The notes under the pieces are model-generated. The model saw nothing but the letters and a program-made list of their open reading frames with translations. It had not been told where the DNA came from and made no database searches. The position numbers were made by a program, and so were the translations under genes. Positions 1 through 9,272 of a stretch of 64,000 nt of DNA are shown one piece after another. The DNA lies in the NCBI GenBank assembly GCA_964413275.1, contig CAYPSO010000002.1, forward strand, positions 25,248-89,247. Direction: 5' to 3'. This DNA comes from an uncultured bacterium (lineage in GTDB: Bacteria; Cyanobacteriota; Cyanobacteriia; Cyanobacteriales; JAABRE01). The stretch's first letter is position 1, and the number at the start of each line of letters is the position of its first letter.

Positions 1-343
1 TCGGAAATTTGATATATTACCAGAAAGTAGTATTAAATTTAATTCTGCTGTTTTTAAACAAGTTCAATTTGGGGGAAATTTACAAGCATTAGCATCTCCA
101 GTAATTGGTAGTGGTTTTCCAGTGGAACGACTAGAACAATTATTTTTTGTAGCCTATCAACAAAAGTTAGAACCTGTTTCTTTTGCTTGGGAGATTATGG
201 AAAATTGGGGATACAAATTTAAAAAAGAAGGAGAAATTATTCAAGCTCCCGAAGACAATAAAGCCCAATTAGAGGAACGGGTACAATGGTTTTTGAAATT
301 TCGTTTGCCTTTATTTAAGAAGTTATTGGGAATTACTAATTAA
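1..343 (+). CDS. 3' end of a gene that starts left of the window; product unknown
   Basis: Frame 2 is open from nt 2 to the stop at 341-343 (113 codons visible). The 122 start in the ORF track is an internal GTG. No motif I recognise. Confidence 0.5.
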   Translation, partial: RKFDILPESSIKFNSAVFKQVQFGGNLQALASPVIGSGFPVERLEQLFFVAYQQKLEPVSFAWEIMENWGYKFKKEGEIIQAPEDNKAQLEERVQWFLKFRLPLFKKLLGITN

Positions 344-347
344 CAAT

Positions 348-379
348 AAAAAAGAGAGATACTAATAGTAGTATCTCTC
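348..379 (-). terminator. Intrinsic terminator for the 425..3250 gene
   Basis: Perfect 10-bp stem GAGAGATACT/AGTATCTCTC (354-363 / 370-379) with a 6-nt loop. Read on the minus strand it is followed by T6 (A-run 348-353). It lies about 45 nt past the stop of the minus-strand gene, between convergent genes. Confidence 0.6.
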
Positions 380-424
380 AATATGAATCTACAATTCAAC
401 AATTACAATTTCATCCAACTAAGA

Positions 425-3250
425 TTATTCAGGTTGAATGATGGAATTGATATAACCACTAATGTCACTATCACTAATACCATCTGCCGTTACCGTACCA
501 ATATTTTGGTAAATTCCAGAGGTTACAGAAGGAACTGAAATATCGAGTTTATTAAGCTTAAAGGCATCATTACTATGACCAGTATAAGCAGAGATAACAA
601 TGGTATCACCAACAACCTCACCGTTATTAAAGTCAGCCCAGCGTGAGTTTCCATGATTGGTAAAGTTATTTTCTTTGGTGAAGTTATTTAATAAACTGTC
701 ACTCAAATTAATTATATCGCTACCATTACGATCGCCAATCCAGACAGAAATGTCACTATCATTAACAACATAATTCAAGTAGGCTTGATCGACAATAACA
801 TCTTCATCAAATTCAAAGAGAATGTAATCTACTCGACCACCATTATCAACTCGGTGACTAGAACCACTTTCACCAATGTTAGTAACACCTAAACCGCCGC
901 TATAACTACCTAAATAACCTTGATTCCAAGTTCCAGAGCTAGTGCGACTAAAGGCACTTACATCCAGTGAAACATCATTTTGGGTAAAGGTACGAATATT
1001 ACCATTAGGTCCATCTAAATTACTATTACCAGTGAAGACAAAGGTTATGTCTTGGTTTGTAGAACTCGAAAGGTCTTGAACAGTCTCAGTTTGTTCGTAT
1101 ACCCATGTTTCACCGGGCTCTAAGATGTTGTTACCATCATCTCCACTCACCAAGACGGGATTAAAGTCATCACTGGTATCTCCGGGAGTACCATTATCAT
1201 CCTTAACAACCACATCACTAGCTGCAAAAGGAACATTACCAGTGTTAGTAACTTCATAGGTAAAGGTGACATGATCACCCGGTGCTAATTCAGGTAAATC
1301 ATCAGGAATATGAACAACATCTACACCATTGGTGAATTTTTCGATGTCAATACCGGGATTTAGGTTTGGATTAACATAATGACTTGGATCGGAATCTGTT
1401 GCATCAGGAACTTCAACGGTACCGATATTCTTGTAAATACCAGTTTCAACCTGTTGAACTTCTATCTTTTCAATCTTGAAACGATCCTCTGGGGTTTCAT
1501 CGGAGGTTGAAGCAGCTATAACCAAGACATTACCAACAACTTCGCCGTCATTAATATTTGCCCAACGAGAACTTGAACTGCCAGTATAATCATCTTCAGA
1601 AAATTCAAGACCGCTTAGGAAAGCATCATTCAAGGTGTTGTGACTATTGAAAGCTTCATCGACATTACCGATCCATACTGTAATATCACTATCATTAACT
1701 ACAGAATCCAAGAATGTGCGATCGACAATTACTGACTCGGAAAACTCAAATAAGACGTAATTGTCTCGACCGATATTATCAACTCGATGCAGGCCATTAC
1801 TTCCGTCACCCTCTGAGGTATCAGTAACCCCTAATCCACCAGAAAAGCTACCTAAAAAGGCTTCTGCCCAACTACCGCCATCACTACGACTGAAAGCACT
1901 AGCGTTAACAGAGATACCATCAGCAGAAAAAGTGCGAATATTGCCATCAGTACCATCTAAACCGCTATTACCACTTAAGTTAAACGTGGTAGTTTCTGTA
2001 CCTGACGTTGTTAGAGTTTCAGCCACACCAGAGGCTGTATAAATCCACATTTCATTTGGAGATAAGATTCCATCGTTACCAACGTCACTGGTGGAATCGA
2101 AGAGGGGAATTACGCCTTGGTCATCAGTGACAACTACCTCAGCAAGTTCAAAAGGAACATTACCAGTATTTGTTACCTTATAAGTCCAAGTAACTGTTTC
2201 ACCAGGAAGGATTTCTGCTGCTTCTTCTGGTGTATCAGCATCTATATCATTGGTGAACTTCTCAATATCAATTCCGGGATTGAGGTCTGGATTAACATAA
2301 TTAGCTGGATCGTCATCCATAACCCCATCAGCAACGACTTTGCCAATGTTTGTATAGATTCCATCAGTTATCGTATCGAAATCTAAACCAGATATAGCAC
2401 CACTTCCAACCAAATTAACTTCAACTTTAACAACATTATCATCATTAATCGTTAAGGTTTTAAAACTATTATCGCCCGGATTAGGAATTGATGTAGTAGT
2501 TATATTTCCATCAATATCAGTGGTAACAACAGTACCTCCGCTTTCTTCAATATCCACAAAGTCAATAGAATTAAAATCTACTGGGTTATCTAAAGTGAAA
2601 GTGATTTTTCCTCCACCAGCATTATCATCAGGATCTGAACTATCACCATCTTCAGAAATAATTAGGATATTGTTGAGACCAGGAATTGACAAATCTAAAT
2701 CTCCACCAGTTGGATTAGCACTGTCAAAGAGCATGGCACCGAATTGAGTAGCTGAAACTGTTAATCCCAGATTTTGGTACTCGTCATCAATAATAGTACC
2801 AGCAGATAAGGGATTACCTTCTCCATCGGTTTCAAAATCAATAATGGTGTTAGTAACAGTCAATAAATCCTGAGCTGCTAGTGTCTCTGAATAAAGCCAA
2901 ATCTCACCTGGGCTGAGAATTCCATCTCCACCAACATCACTTGATACATTAAAGGTTGGATTAAAGTCATCACTGTTGTCATCAGGAGTACCATTATCGT
3001 CAGTAACAATAACTTCACTAGCGGCAAAAGGAACATTTCCAGTATTGGTTACTTCATAAGTAAAGATAGCATCTTCACCTGGTATAATTTCAACTGCATC
3101 TTCAGCAGTATTCGCATCTTCACCATTGACAAATTTCTTAATTTCGATGTCAGGTGTCTGAAGTTGATAACCAAAGTCTTGGTCGAGGTTATTCTCTCCT
3201 TGTGCTAAAATAAGACTTGATTTTTTTAAACAACAAAATTTGATTAACAA
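425..3250 (-). CDS. Large repeat-rich, probably extracellular protein (DUF11-type repeats plus a duplicated unknown module)
   Basis: 941-aa ORF. Three copies of a ~90-aa module (DIEKFTNG.D....PG..VT.TYEVTNTGNVPF...V.DDNGTP), typical of the 'conserved repeat domain'/DUF11. Two copies of a ~200-aa module (GNIRTF..SAFSR..G.W...LGS.SGGLGVT...HRVDN.GR.DY.LFEF..V.VD). TTG start, no nearby ATG, no clear signal peptide. Confidence 0.8.
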   Translation of the reverse strand: MLIKFCCLKKSSLILAQGENNLDQDFGYQLQTPDIEIKKFVNGEDANTAEDAVEIIPGEDAIFTYEVTNTGNVPFAASEVIVTDDNGTPDDNSDDFNPTFNVSSDVGGDGILSPGEIWLYSETLAAQDLLTVTNTIIDFETDGEGNPLSAGTIIDDEYQNLGLTVSATQFGAMLFDSANPTGGDLDLSIPGLNNILIISEDGDSSDPDDNAGGGKITFTLDNPVDFNSIDFVDIEESGGTVVTTDIDGNITTTSIPNPGDNSFKTLTINDDNVVKVEVNLVGSGAISGLDFDTITDGIYTNIGKVVADGVMDDDPANYVNPDLNPGIDIEKFTNDIDADTPEEAAEILPGETVTWTYKVTNTGNVPFELAEVVVTDDQGVIPLFDSTSDVGNDGILSPNEMWIYTASGVAETLTTSGTETTTFNLSGNSGLDGTDGNIRTFSADGISVNASAFSRSDGGSWAEAFLGSFSGGLGVTDTSEGDGSNGLHRVDNIGRDNYVLFEFSESVIVDRTFLDSVVNDSDITVWIGNVDEAFNSHNTLNDAFLSGLEFSEDDYTGSSSSRWANINDGEVVGNVLVIAASTSDETPEDRFKIEKIEVQQVETGIYKNIGTVEVPDATDSDPSHYVNPNLNPGIDIEKFTNGVDVVHIPDDLPELAPGDHVTFTYEVTNTGNVPFAASDVVVKDDNGTPGDTSDDFNPVLVSGDDGNNILEPGETWVYEQTETVQDLSSSTNQDITFVFTGNSNLDGPNGNIRTFTQNDVSLDVSAFSRTSSGTWNQGYLGSYSGGLGVTNIGESGSSHRVDNGGRVDYILFEFDEDVIVDQAYLNYVVNDSDISVWIGDRNGSDIINLSDSLLNNFTKENNFTNHGNSRWADFNNGEVVGDTIVISAYTGHSNDAFKLNKLDISVPSVTSGIYQNIGTVTADGISDSDISGYINSIIQPE

Positions 3251-3373
3251 TTGTTAACAAAAATTAATTTGAGTATAGCATTAGAAGTTTAGAATATAAA
3301 AGTTAATAGGTAAATGTAGATTCTGATTTTGAAATATATAGTTTAAATGTTTCTGAGCTTACCCATAGAGAGG

Positions 3374-4237
3374 TTAGGATTTAACTGAACCAGCTAAAAG
3401 ACCACGGACAAAATATCTTTGTAGAGCAAAAAATACAATTAAAGGTACAATCATAGTGATAAAAGCACCTGCTGTCAAAATATGCCAATCTTGACCACGA
3501 GAGCCGACCATATTGCTTAATTGTATGGTGACAGGGGCAACATCGGCTGTACCCCCAAGATAAACTAAAGCGACTAATAAATCATTCCATACCCAAAGAA
3601 ATTGAAAAACGGCAAAAGAGGCGATCGCAGGAGTTGATAAAGGTACAATTATCCTAGTAAATATTTTTAAGTGGGATGCTCCATCCACTGAGGCGGCTTC
3701 AATTAAATCTTTAGGTAATGCACCAATATAATTTCTTAATAGATAAATTCCTAAAGGCATTCCATAGCCAGTGTGGGCTAACCAAACTCCTAAAAATGTC
3801 CCTGATAATCCTAATTCTCTATAAGCATTTAAGATAGGAATTAGGGTCATTTGTAGAGGTACAACAAGTAAAGCTACCACAATTATAAATAATATTTGAC
3901 GACCCGGAAATTTCATCCAAGCAAAAGCATAAGCGGCAAAAGTAGCAATGGCAATAGGGATAATTGTTGCGGGAATAGCGATGGTTAAACTATTTAAAAA
4001 AGCTTGTCCCATTCCTTCAGCATTAATTACATTAATATAGTTACCTAAATGATATTGAGTAAAATCGAAAGGATGCTGAAAAATTGTCCACCAACCTGTT
4101 CTGACAATATCATCTTTATAACGAAAAGAACTTATTAATAAACCAATACTTGGCAGTGTCCAAATTAGGGAAATTATGATTAAGGTTAGGTGAATGGGAG
4201 TTTTTTGTAATAAATTATTTGGTTTATTTTTTTTCAT
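3374..4237 (-). CDS. Carbohydrate ABC transporter permease (MalG/GgtD-like)
   Basis: 287 aa and about 6 TM segments. EAA-loop region (LIEAASVDGASHLKIFTRIIVPL) is characteristic of binding-protein-dependent sugar permeases. Confidence 0.85.
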   Translation of the reverse strand: MKKNKPNNLLQKTPIHLTLIIISLIWTLPSIGLLISSFRYKDDIVRTGWWTIFQHPFDFTQYHLGNYINVINAEGMGQAFLNSLTIAIPATIIPIAIATFAAYAFAWMKFPGRQILFIIVVALLVVPLQMTLIPILNAYRELGLSGTFLGVWLAHTGYGMPLGIYLLRNYIGALPKDLIEAASVDGASHLKIFTRIIVPLSTPAIASFAVFQFLWVWNDLLVALVYLGGTADVAPVTIQLSNMVGSRGQDWHILTAGAFITMIVPLIVFFALQRYFVRGLLAGSVKS

Positions 4238-4240
4238 TTG

Positions 4241-4894
4241 TTAAAATTTTAATCTTAATTTAACTATAGATTGTTCTAAGTTTTGACGTGCTTGGGATTC
4301 AAATTGTTGATAAAATAATTTTGTATTATATATTGAAGGTAAACTTAAAAAATAATTTAAAATTTCTACCCTTTTTTCCTGATATATAAGCCAAGGTACT
4401 GATTTATATTCTTGACGAATTTGCTGTTCATATTCTTGAAATCTTAATGATTCTGCACCTAAGATTGATAAATCTATATCTACAACTATTTGATGAAGTA
4501 ATTTTTGGGGGTTTTCCCGATGACAAGTAGCCATAATTAAAGAATAAATAAGTTCGCATTTCTCAATTTCTACACCAGATTCACTTAAAAACTTTAAAGC
4601 CCATGCAGCACTTTTGCGTTCATTATCTTTTTCTTTTGGATTATAAATTGCATCATGATACCATAAAGCAATTTCAACTAATGAATTATATTTTAATAGA
4701 TTTTTAGAAATAGCCCAATCAAGTTTATCGAAGCATTCTGACAGATGTTGTGAGGTGTGATAAGCTCGATGACTTTCAGAGTAAGCTGCTTCTAAACGGG
4801 CAAACTCTTCATAATCTGGTTTTATATTAAGAGCTAAACAAACTTTTTCCCATCGCATTTTATTAAATTGGTTTACTAAAAATTTATTATTCAT
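4241..4894 (-). CDS. HD-type predicted metal-dependent phosphohydrolase (COG4339-like)
   Basis: Metal-ligand motifs YHTSQH and WYHDAIY. 217 aa. Only 3 nt from the upstream permease gene stop. Confidence 0.65.
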   Translation of the reverse strand: MNNKFLVNQFNKMRWEKVCLALNIKPDYEEFARLEAAYSESHRAYHTSQHLSECFDKLDWAISKNLLKYNSLVEIALWYHDAIYNPKEKDNERKSAAWALKFLSESGVEIEKCELIYSLIMATCHRENPQKLLHQIVVDIDLSILGAESLRFQEYEQQIRQEYKSVPWLIYQEKRVEILNYFLSLPSIYNTKLFYQQFESQARQNLEQSIVKLRLKF

Positions 4895-5029
4895 TTTGAT
4901 ATATTTTTTTTAGTAAAACTTTGACAAATTAGAGGATACAGAAGGAGGCTTAAAATTCACAATTTATACTTCTCAGACAACCTCTAAGCTATTTTAGAGT
5001 TAGCTGGTTTTTTACTATCACCAAATAAG

Positions 5030-5917
5030 TTATTCAGCAAACTTTAGTTTATTAATTTTTTGACTTTTCCGCATTAATTGGCGGGCTTTTTTTTCCTCAG
5101 TTAGATTGTCATAACAGTAGGGACAACAAATATCCTCTTCATATTTATCAGACTTTTTATCTTCTTCAGAAATGGGATGGCCGCAACCGTAACACATTTC
5201 ATAACTTCCCTTTTCTAAGCCATGTTTTAAGGCAATTCTTTCATCAAAAACGAAACATTCTCCTTCCCACAAACTTTTATTTTCTGGTACTTCTTCTAAA
5301 TATTTAAGAATACCTCCCTGAAGATGATAAACTTCTTTAAATCCCTGACTTAACAAATAAGATGTCGCTTTTTCACATCTTATTCCTCCGGTACAAAACA
5401 TAGCAACTTTGGGATTTTTTTCTGGATCTAAATTATTTTTTACATATTCAGGAAACTCTCTAAATGAATTAGTATGAGGATTTTCTGCTCCCTGAAAACT
5501 ACCAATTCTTACTTCATATTCATTGCGAGTATCAATTACGGTAACTTCAGGATTGCTAATTAACTCGTTCCATTTTTGAGGATTAACATAAGTTCCTACC
5601 TTTTCTGTAGGATCTACTGATTCTACTCCTAAAGTAACTATTTCTTTTTTAAATACAATTTTCATCCGTTCAAATGGAGGGGCATTTGTGTAGGATTCTT
5701 TATGTTCTAAATTGACTAAACGCGGATCTAATTTTAGATATTCTAACAGTTCATATATTGCTTGGTGATCGCCAGTAACTGTAGCATTAATTCCTTCTTC
5801 TGCTAATAAAATTGTGCCTTTAATTCCTTTTTCTTGGCAATATTTTAGTAAAGGTTCTTTTTTTTCTTGGTAGTCTGTTAATTTGGTAAATTTATAAAAT
5901 GTAGCTATTACGATCAT
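5030..5917 (-). CDS. trhO: Rhodanese-domain protein of the UPF0176/TrhO family (tRNA uridine-34 hydroxylase)
   Basis: N-terminal ATFYKF..L and GIKGTILLAEEGINATV. Rhodanese active-site loop CTGGIRCEKA. C-terminal Cys cluster CYGCG...CCPYC. Confidence 0.8.
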   Translation of the reverse strand: MIVIATFYKFTKLTDYQEKKEPLLKYCQEKGIKGTILLAEEGINATVTGDHQAIYELLEYLKLDPRLVNLEHKESYTNAPPFERMKIVFKKEIVTLGVESVDPTEKVGTYVNPQKWNELISNPEVTVIDTRNEYEVRIGSFQGAENPHTNSFREFPEYVKNNLDPEKNPKVAMFCTGGIRCEKATSYLLSQGFKEVYHLQGGILKYLEEVPENKSLWEGECFVFDERIALKHGLEKGSYEMCYGCGHPISEEDKKSDKYEEDICCPYCYDNLTEEKKARQLMRKSQKINKLKFAE

Positions 5918-6082
5918 ATTTGTTAATCCCTGTTTATTTATTGTGCTTCAGTCAGTATAAATTTTATTGATAAAATAGCTTGTAAATGATTAATTTTGGG
6001 TAGTTTTGGCATTTTAATAAATCATCCAACCTCCACATGTTGTAAAATCTCCTATTGAAAACAACCAATGAGTCAAATTTGT

Positions 6083-7252
6083 TTATCTTTTTTTAAATAA
6101 GTTTTTTAACCAAAATGATAATACTTTAAATTTATGGCTAAAAGTTGGCATTCTTTCTAAATATACTAAACGTCTAATTATATTAGCAAGTCTGCCATGT
6201 AAATGTAATCCAAAGCTAGTAATAGCTGAGTCATTTTTACCTAAAGCTATCATTTCTCCTAAATGTAAATAACGAAAACGTTTTAATTTTTTACCTGCTA
6301 AAAAACGAATAATATTTTTGGCCGCAAAACTAGCTTGTTGATAAGCTACTTGAGCTACAGCAGGAACTTTTGTGTTATTCCCATCAACTACTTCTGCCAC
6401 ATCTCCAAAAGCAAAGACTTCGGGATAATCTGGCAACTGTAAAGTTGCTTGAGAAATCAGTTGAGCGATCGCATTGCTAGGAGCTAAATTATCTATTAAA
6501 CTTCTAGCTTGAGTACCTGTCGTCCAAACAACTAAATCCGTCGGTAAAGTACCACTTTCTTCTCCCTGTTGAAAGATAACAGAATTAGAATTAACTTCAG
6601 TAATACTGGTATTCAAACTAATAGCAACATTACGTTTATTTAAAGCATTAATAGCACTTTTACGGGTAGCTTTAGTAAAATGTCTGAGGATACAATTATC
6701 TCTAGTAATTAAATGAACTTGGCCGCGTTTTTGTAATTTATCTGCTATTTTTCCTGCTAATTCTACTCCACTAGGTCCACCTCCGACAATTGCAACTTTA
6801 ATTTTGTTTAAATCAGAATTAAGTAATAATGTTAACTTATCTTTTAATTGATAAACATCTGCTAAAGTCCGAAAAGGAAAAGTATATTCCTTTACTCCGG
6901 GTAATCCATTTAAACGAACTTCTCTACCAACGGTCAAAACCAAACAATCATAATTTAATTTTTCTCTATTTTGTAAAAATATTTCTCGATTTTTTAAATC
7001 AAGAGAATTGATTTTATCCTGATAAAACTTAATACCACTATTTACTAATAATTTAGAAAAATTAGGAGCAACTTCCCATGATTGTAGTTCATCTGTAATT
7101 ACTTCATAAAGAAGAGGAGTAAATAATAAATGATCGTGTTGGTCAATTAAAATAATTTCATAATTAGGATGTTTTTTGAGAAAATTTCGTAAACCTAAAG
7201 CGGTATAAAGACCACCAAAACCTCCTCCTAAAATACAGATACGCTTACTCAT
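6083..7252 (-). CDS. Type-2 NADH dehydrogenase (NDH-2 / Ndb family flavoprotein)
   Basis: Two dinucleotide-binding motifs (ICILGGGFGGLYTA and VAIVGGGPSGVELAG) and C-terminal FAFGDVA. Length fits NDH-2. Confidence 0.85.
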   Translation of the reverse strand: MSKRICILGGGFGGLYTALGLRNFLKKHPNYEIILIDQHDHLLFTPLLYEVITDELQSWEVAPNFSKLLVNSGIKFYQDKINSLDLKNREIFLQNREKLNYDCLVLTVGREVRLNGLPGVKEYTFPFRTLADVYQLKDKLTLLLNSDLNKIKVAIVGGGPSGVELAGKIADKLQKRGQVHLITRDNCILRHFTKATRKSAINALNKRNVAISLNTSITEVNSNSVIFQQGEESGTLPTDLVVWTTGTQARSLIDNLAPSNAIAQLISQATLQLPDYPEVFAFGDVAEVVDGNNTKVPAVAQVAYQQASFAAKNIIRFLAGKKLKRFRYLHLGEMIALGKNDSAITSFGLHLHGRLANIIRRLVYLERMPTFSHKFKVLSFWLKNLFKKR

Positions 7253-7383
7253 ATATTAATTCCTCTATAGTACATAATTATCTTTATTTAAGATTAGTTA
7301 TTTTCTCGGATCATAGTTTATTATATAAGTAATTCATAAATTACCTTTACAATAAAATAAATTAGAAATATTCAATAACTAAA

Positions 7384-8925
7384 ATGACAATCCTACAAGA
7401 AATTTTATCTCAACTTCCGGGCGATGTTTTCTCTCGGTTACAAAATGCCGATCGCCTTTGGCAACAATTGCGAAATAATAATTCAGAATTTAAGGAAATC
7501 ATTAATCAATATAATGAATCTTTACTAAATTTAGATTTTGATGTCTGTATTTGTGGAGGTACTTTAGGTATTTTAATTGGCTCTGCTTTACAATGTCAAG
7601 GTTGGAATGTAGCTATTATTGAGAGAGGTATTTTACGGGGAAGGAAGCAAGAATGGAATATTTCTCGTCAGGAATTACAAGTGTTTATAGAATTAAATTT
7701 ATTATCAGAAAACGAATTAGAAAATGCGATTGCCTCAGCCTATAATCCTGCTAGAGTTGGTTTTCATCAAGGTTATGAATTATGGGTTAAAGATGTTTTA
7801 AATATAGGAGTAGATCCTATTTATTTATTAGAAATATTAAAACAAAAATTTCTTAATGCTGGAGGTAAATTATTAGAAAATACTAATTTTAAAAATGCTA
7901 GAGTTTATCAAGATGGAGTGGCTATAGAAACGGGAAATCATACCTTAACAACTCGCTTACTTATTGATGCTATGGGTCACTTTTCACCTATCGCTAAACA
8001 AGCAAGAAAAGGCGAAAAACCCGAAGGAGTTTGTTTAGTGGTTGGAAGTTGTGCTAAAGGATATGAAAAAAATCAAACAGGGGATTTAATCTATTCATTC
8101 ACCCCAATTTTAAATCAATGTCAATACTTTTGGGAAGCTTTTCCGGCCAAATATGGCAGAACAACTTATTTATTCACTTATTTAGACGCACATCCTGATA
8201 GATTTAGTTTGGAATTTTTCGCTGAAGAATATCTAAGATTATTACCAGAATATCAAAATATAGAATTATCTCAATTACAATTTGAGCGTTTTTTATTCGG
8301 TTTTTTTCCTTCCTATCAAAATAGCCCCTTAAGAATGCCTTGGCATCGTATTTTACCCATAGGAGATAGTAGTGGAAGTCAATCTCCTGTGAGCTTTGGT
8401 GGTTTTGGAGCAATGGTTAGACATTTAAAAAGGTTAACTTTAGGAATTGATGAAGCTTTAAAATTAGAATTATTAAATAAAAAAGATTTGGCCTTGTTAC
8501 AACCCTATCAACCAAATATTTCTGTTACTTGGTTATTTCAACGGACTATGAGCGTAGGAATTAGTAAAAAAGCCGCACCAAATCAAATTAATGATTTAAT
8601 GAGTGGCGTATTTAAAGTTATGGATCAACTAGGAGATGATGTTTTAAAACCATTTTTACAGGATGTAATTCAGTTTCCTGCCCTATCAAAAACTTTACCC
8701 TTAGTTAATCCTAAATTAGTCTTGCCACTACTTACTCAAATTGGTATCCCAGTATTAGCAGATTGGTTAATTCACTATTTTAATTTAGGAATGTATAGTG
8801 GTTTATATCCTGTGGGAAAATTAATTAAACCAATTACTAAAAAGTTATCTCCAGAACAACAATATTATTATCATCGTTTATTAGATAGTTGGGAATATGG
8901 AGCAGGTAAAGATTATCAAAGTTAG
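7384..8925 (+). CDS. FAD-dependent oxidoreductase, lycopene-cyclase-like (CruP-type?) flavoprotein
   Basis: N-terminal Rossmann motif ICGGTLGILIG followed by IERG.LRGR.QEWNISR. 513 aa. The specific function cannot be resolved by eye. Confidence 0.7.
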   Translation: MTILQEILSQLPGDVFSRLQNADRLWQQLRNNNSEFKEIINQYNESLLNLDFDVCICGGTLGILIGSALQCQGWNVAIIERGILRGRKQEWNISRQELQVFIELNLLSENELENAIASAYNPARVGFHQGYELWVKDVLNIGVDPIYLLEILKQKFLNAGGKLLENTNFKNARVYQDGVAIETGNHTLTTRLLIDAMGHFSPIAKQARKGEKPEGVCLVVGSCAKGYEKNQTGDLIYSFTPILNQCQYFWEAFPAKYGRTTYLFTYLDAHPDRFSLEFFAEEYLRLLPEYQNIELSQLQFERFLFGFFPSYQNSPLRMPWHRILPIGDSSGSQSPVSFGGFGAMVRHLKRLTLGIDEALKLELLNKKDLALLQPYQPNISVTWLFQRTMSVGISKKAAPNQINDLMSGVFKVMDQLGDDVLKPFLQDVIQFPALSKTLPLVNPKLVLPLLTQIGIPVLADWLIHYFNLGMYSGLYPVGKLIKPITKKLSPEQQYYYHRLLDSWEYGAGKDYQS

Positions 8926-8935
8926 TAGTTAGTAG

Positions 8936-8994
8936 GGTGGGCAAAACCGACAGATTGAGTTTACCCGAAATTCTCAAAGCATATTTTGCCCACC
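8936..8994. repeat. GGTGGGCAAAA/TTTTGCCCACC hairpin element (family member 1)
   Basis: Perfect 11-bp inverted repeat (8936-8946 / 8984-8994) with a 37-nt spacer. It starts 11 nt after the stop of the 7384..8925 gene and is preceded by two GTTAGTA heptads (8921-8934). Confidence 0.8.
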
Positions 8995-9133
8995 AAAAAA
9001 TATATAAACTGGTATATTATTTGTTTGCTAATCCCTTAAATCGGAAAAAAATAACAAATCAAATAAAAATAGTTAGTTTGAAGAAATCTAGATGTAGAAT
9101 TAGAACGGTTTAATTAAAAACTGACGTTATGCC

Positions 9134-9203
9134 CTAGGTATTAGGTGTTAGGGATTAGCAATTAGCCGAATACTAACTACTGACTACTGACTACTACTAA
9201 ATC
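9134..9203. repeat. STRR-like heptanucleotide repeat tract
   Basis: Ten consecutive 7-nt units: CTAGGTA TTAGGTG TTAGGGA TTAGCAA TTAGCCG AATACTA ACTACTG ACTACTG ACTACTA CTAAATC. Confidence 0.85.
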
Positions 9204-9272
9204 AATTATTTCGATTTTGCGTAACATCAGTTAAGAATATATTTTTATCTATGCTAGTGGAGGATTAGAAGA

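Noticed and set aside
1761-2747. Plus-strand ORFs 1761..2042, 2117..2386 and 2520..2747 from the track
   Set aside because: All lie antisense inside the 941-aa repeat gene. Their products are low-complexity Ser/Pro/Leu-rich with no start context, which is typical shadow ORFs of a repeat-rich gene.
6829-7011. Other embedded or antisense track ORFs: 6829..7011, 8204..8413, 12669..12902, 15056..15250, 17988..18185, 19361..19624, 21182..21382, 30725..30934, 31316..31558, 32655..32840, 38840..39043, 39238..39423, 42153..42359, 53972..54175, 54473..54793 and 58635..58847
   Set aside because: Each lies entirely inside, or antisense to, a longer ORF with clear family motifs. None has its own recognisable motif or start context.
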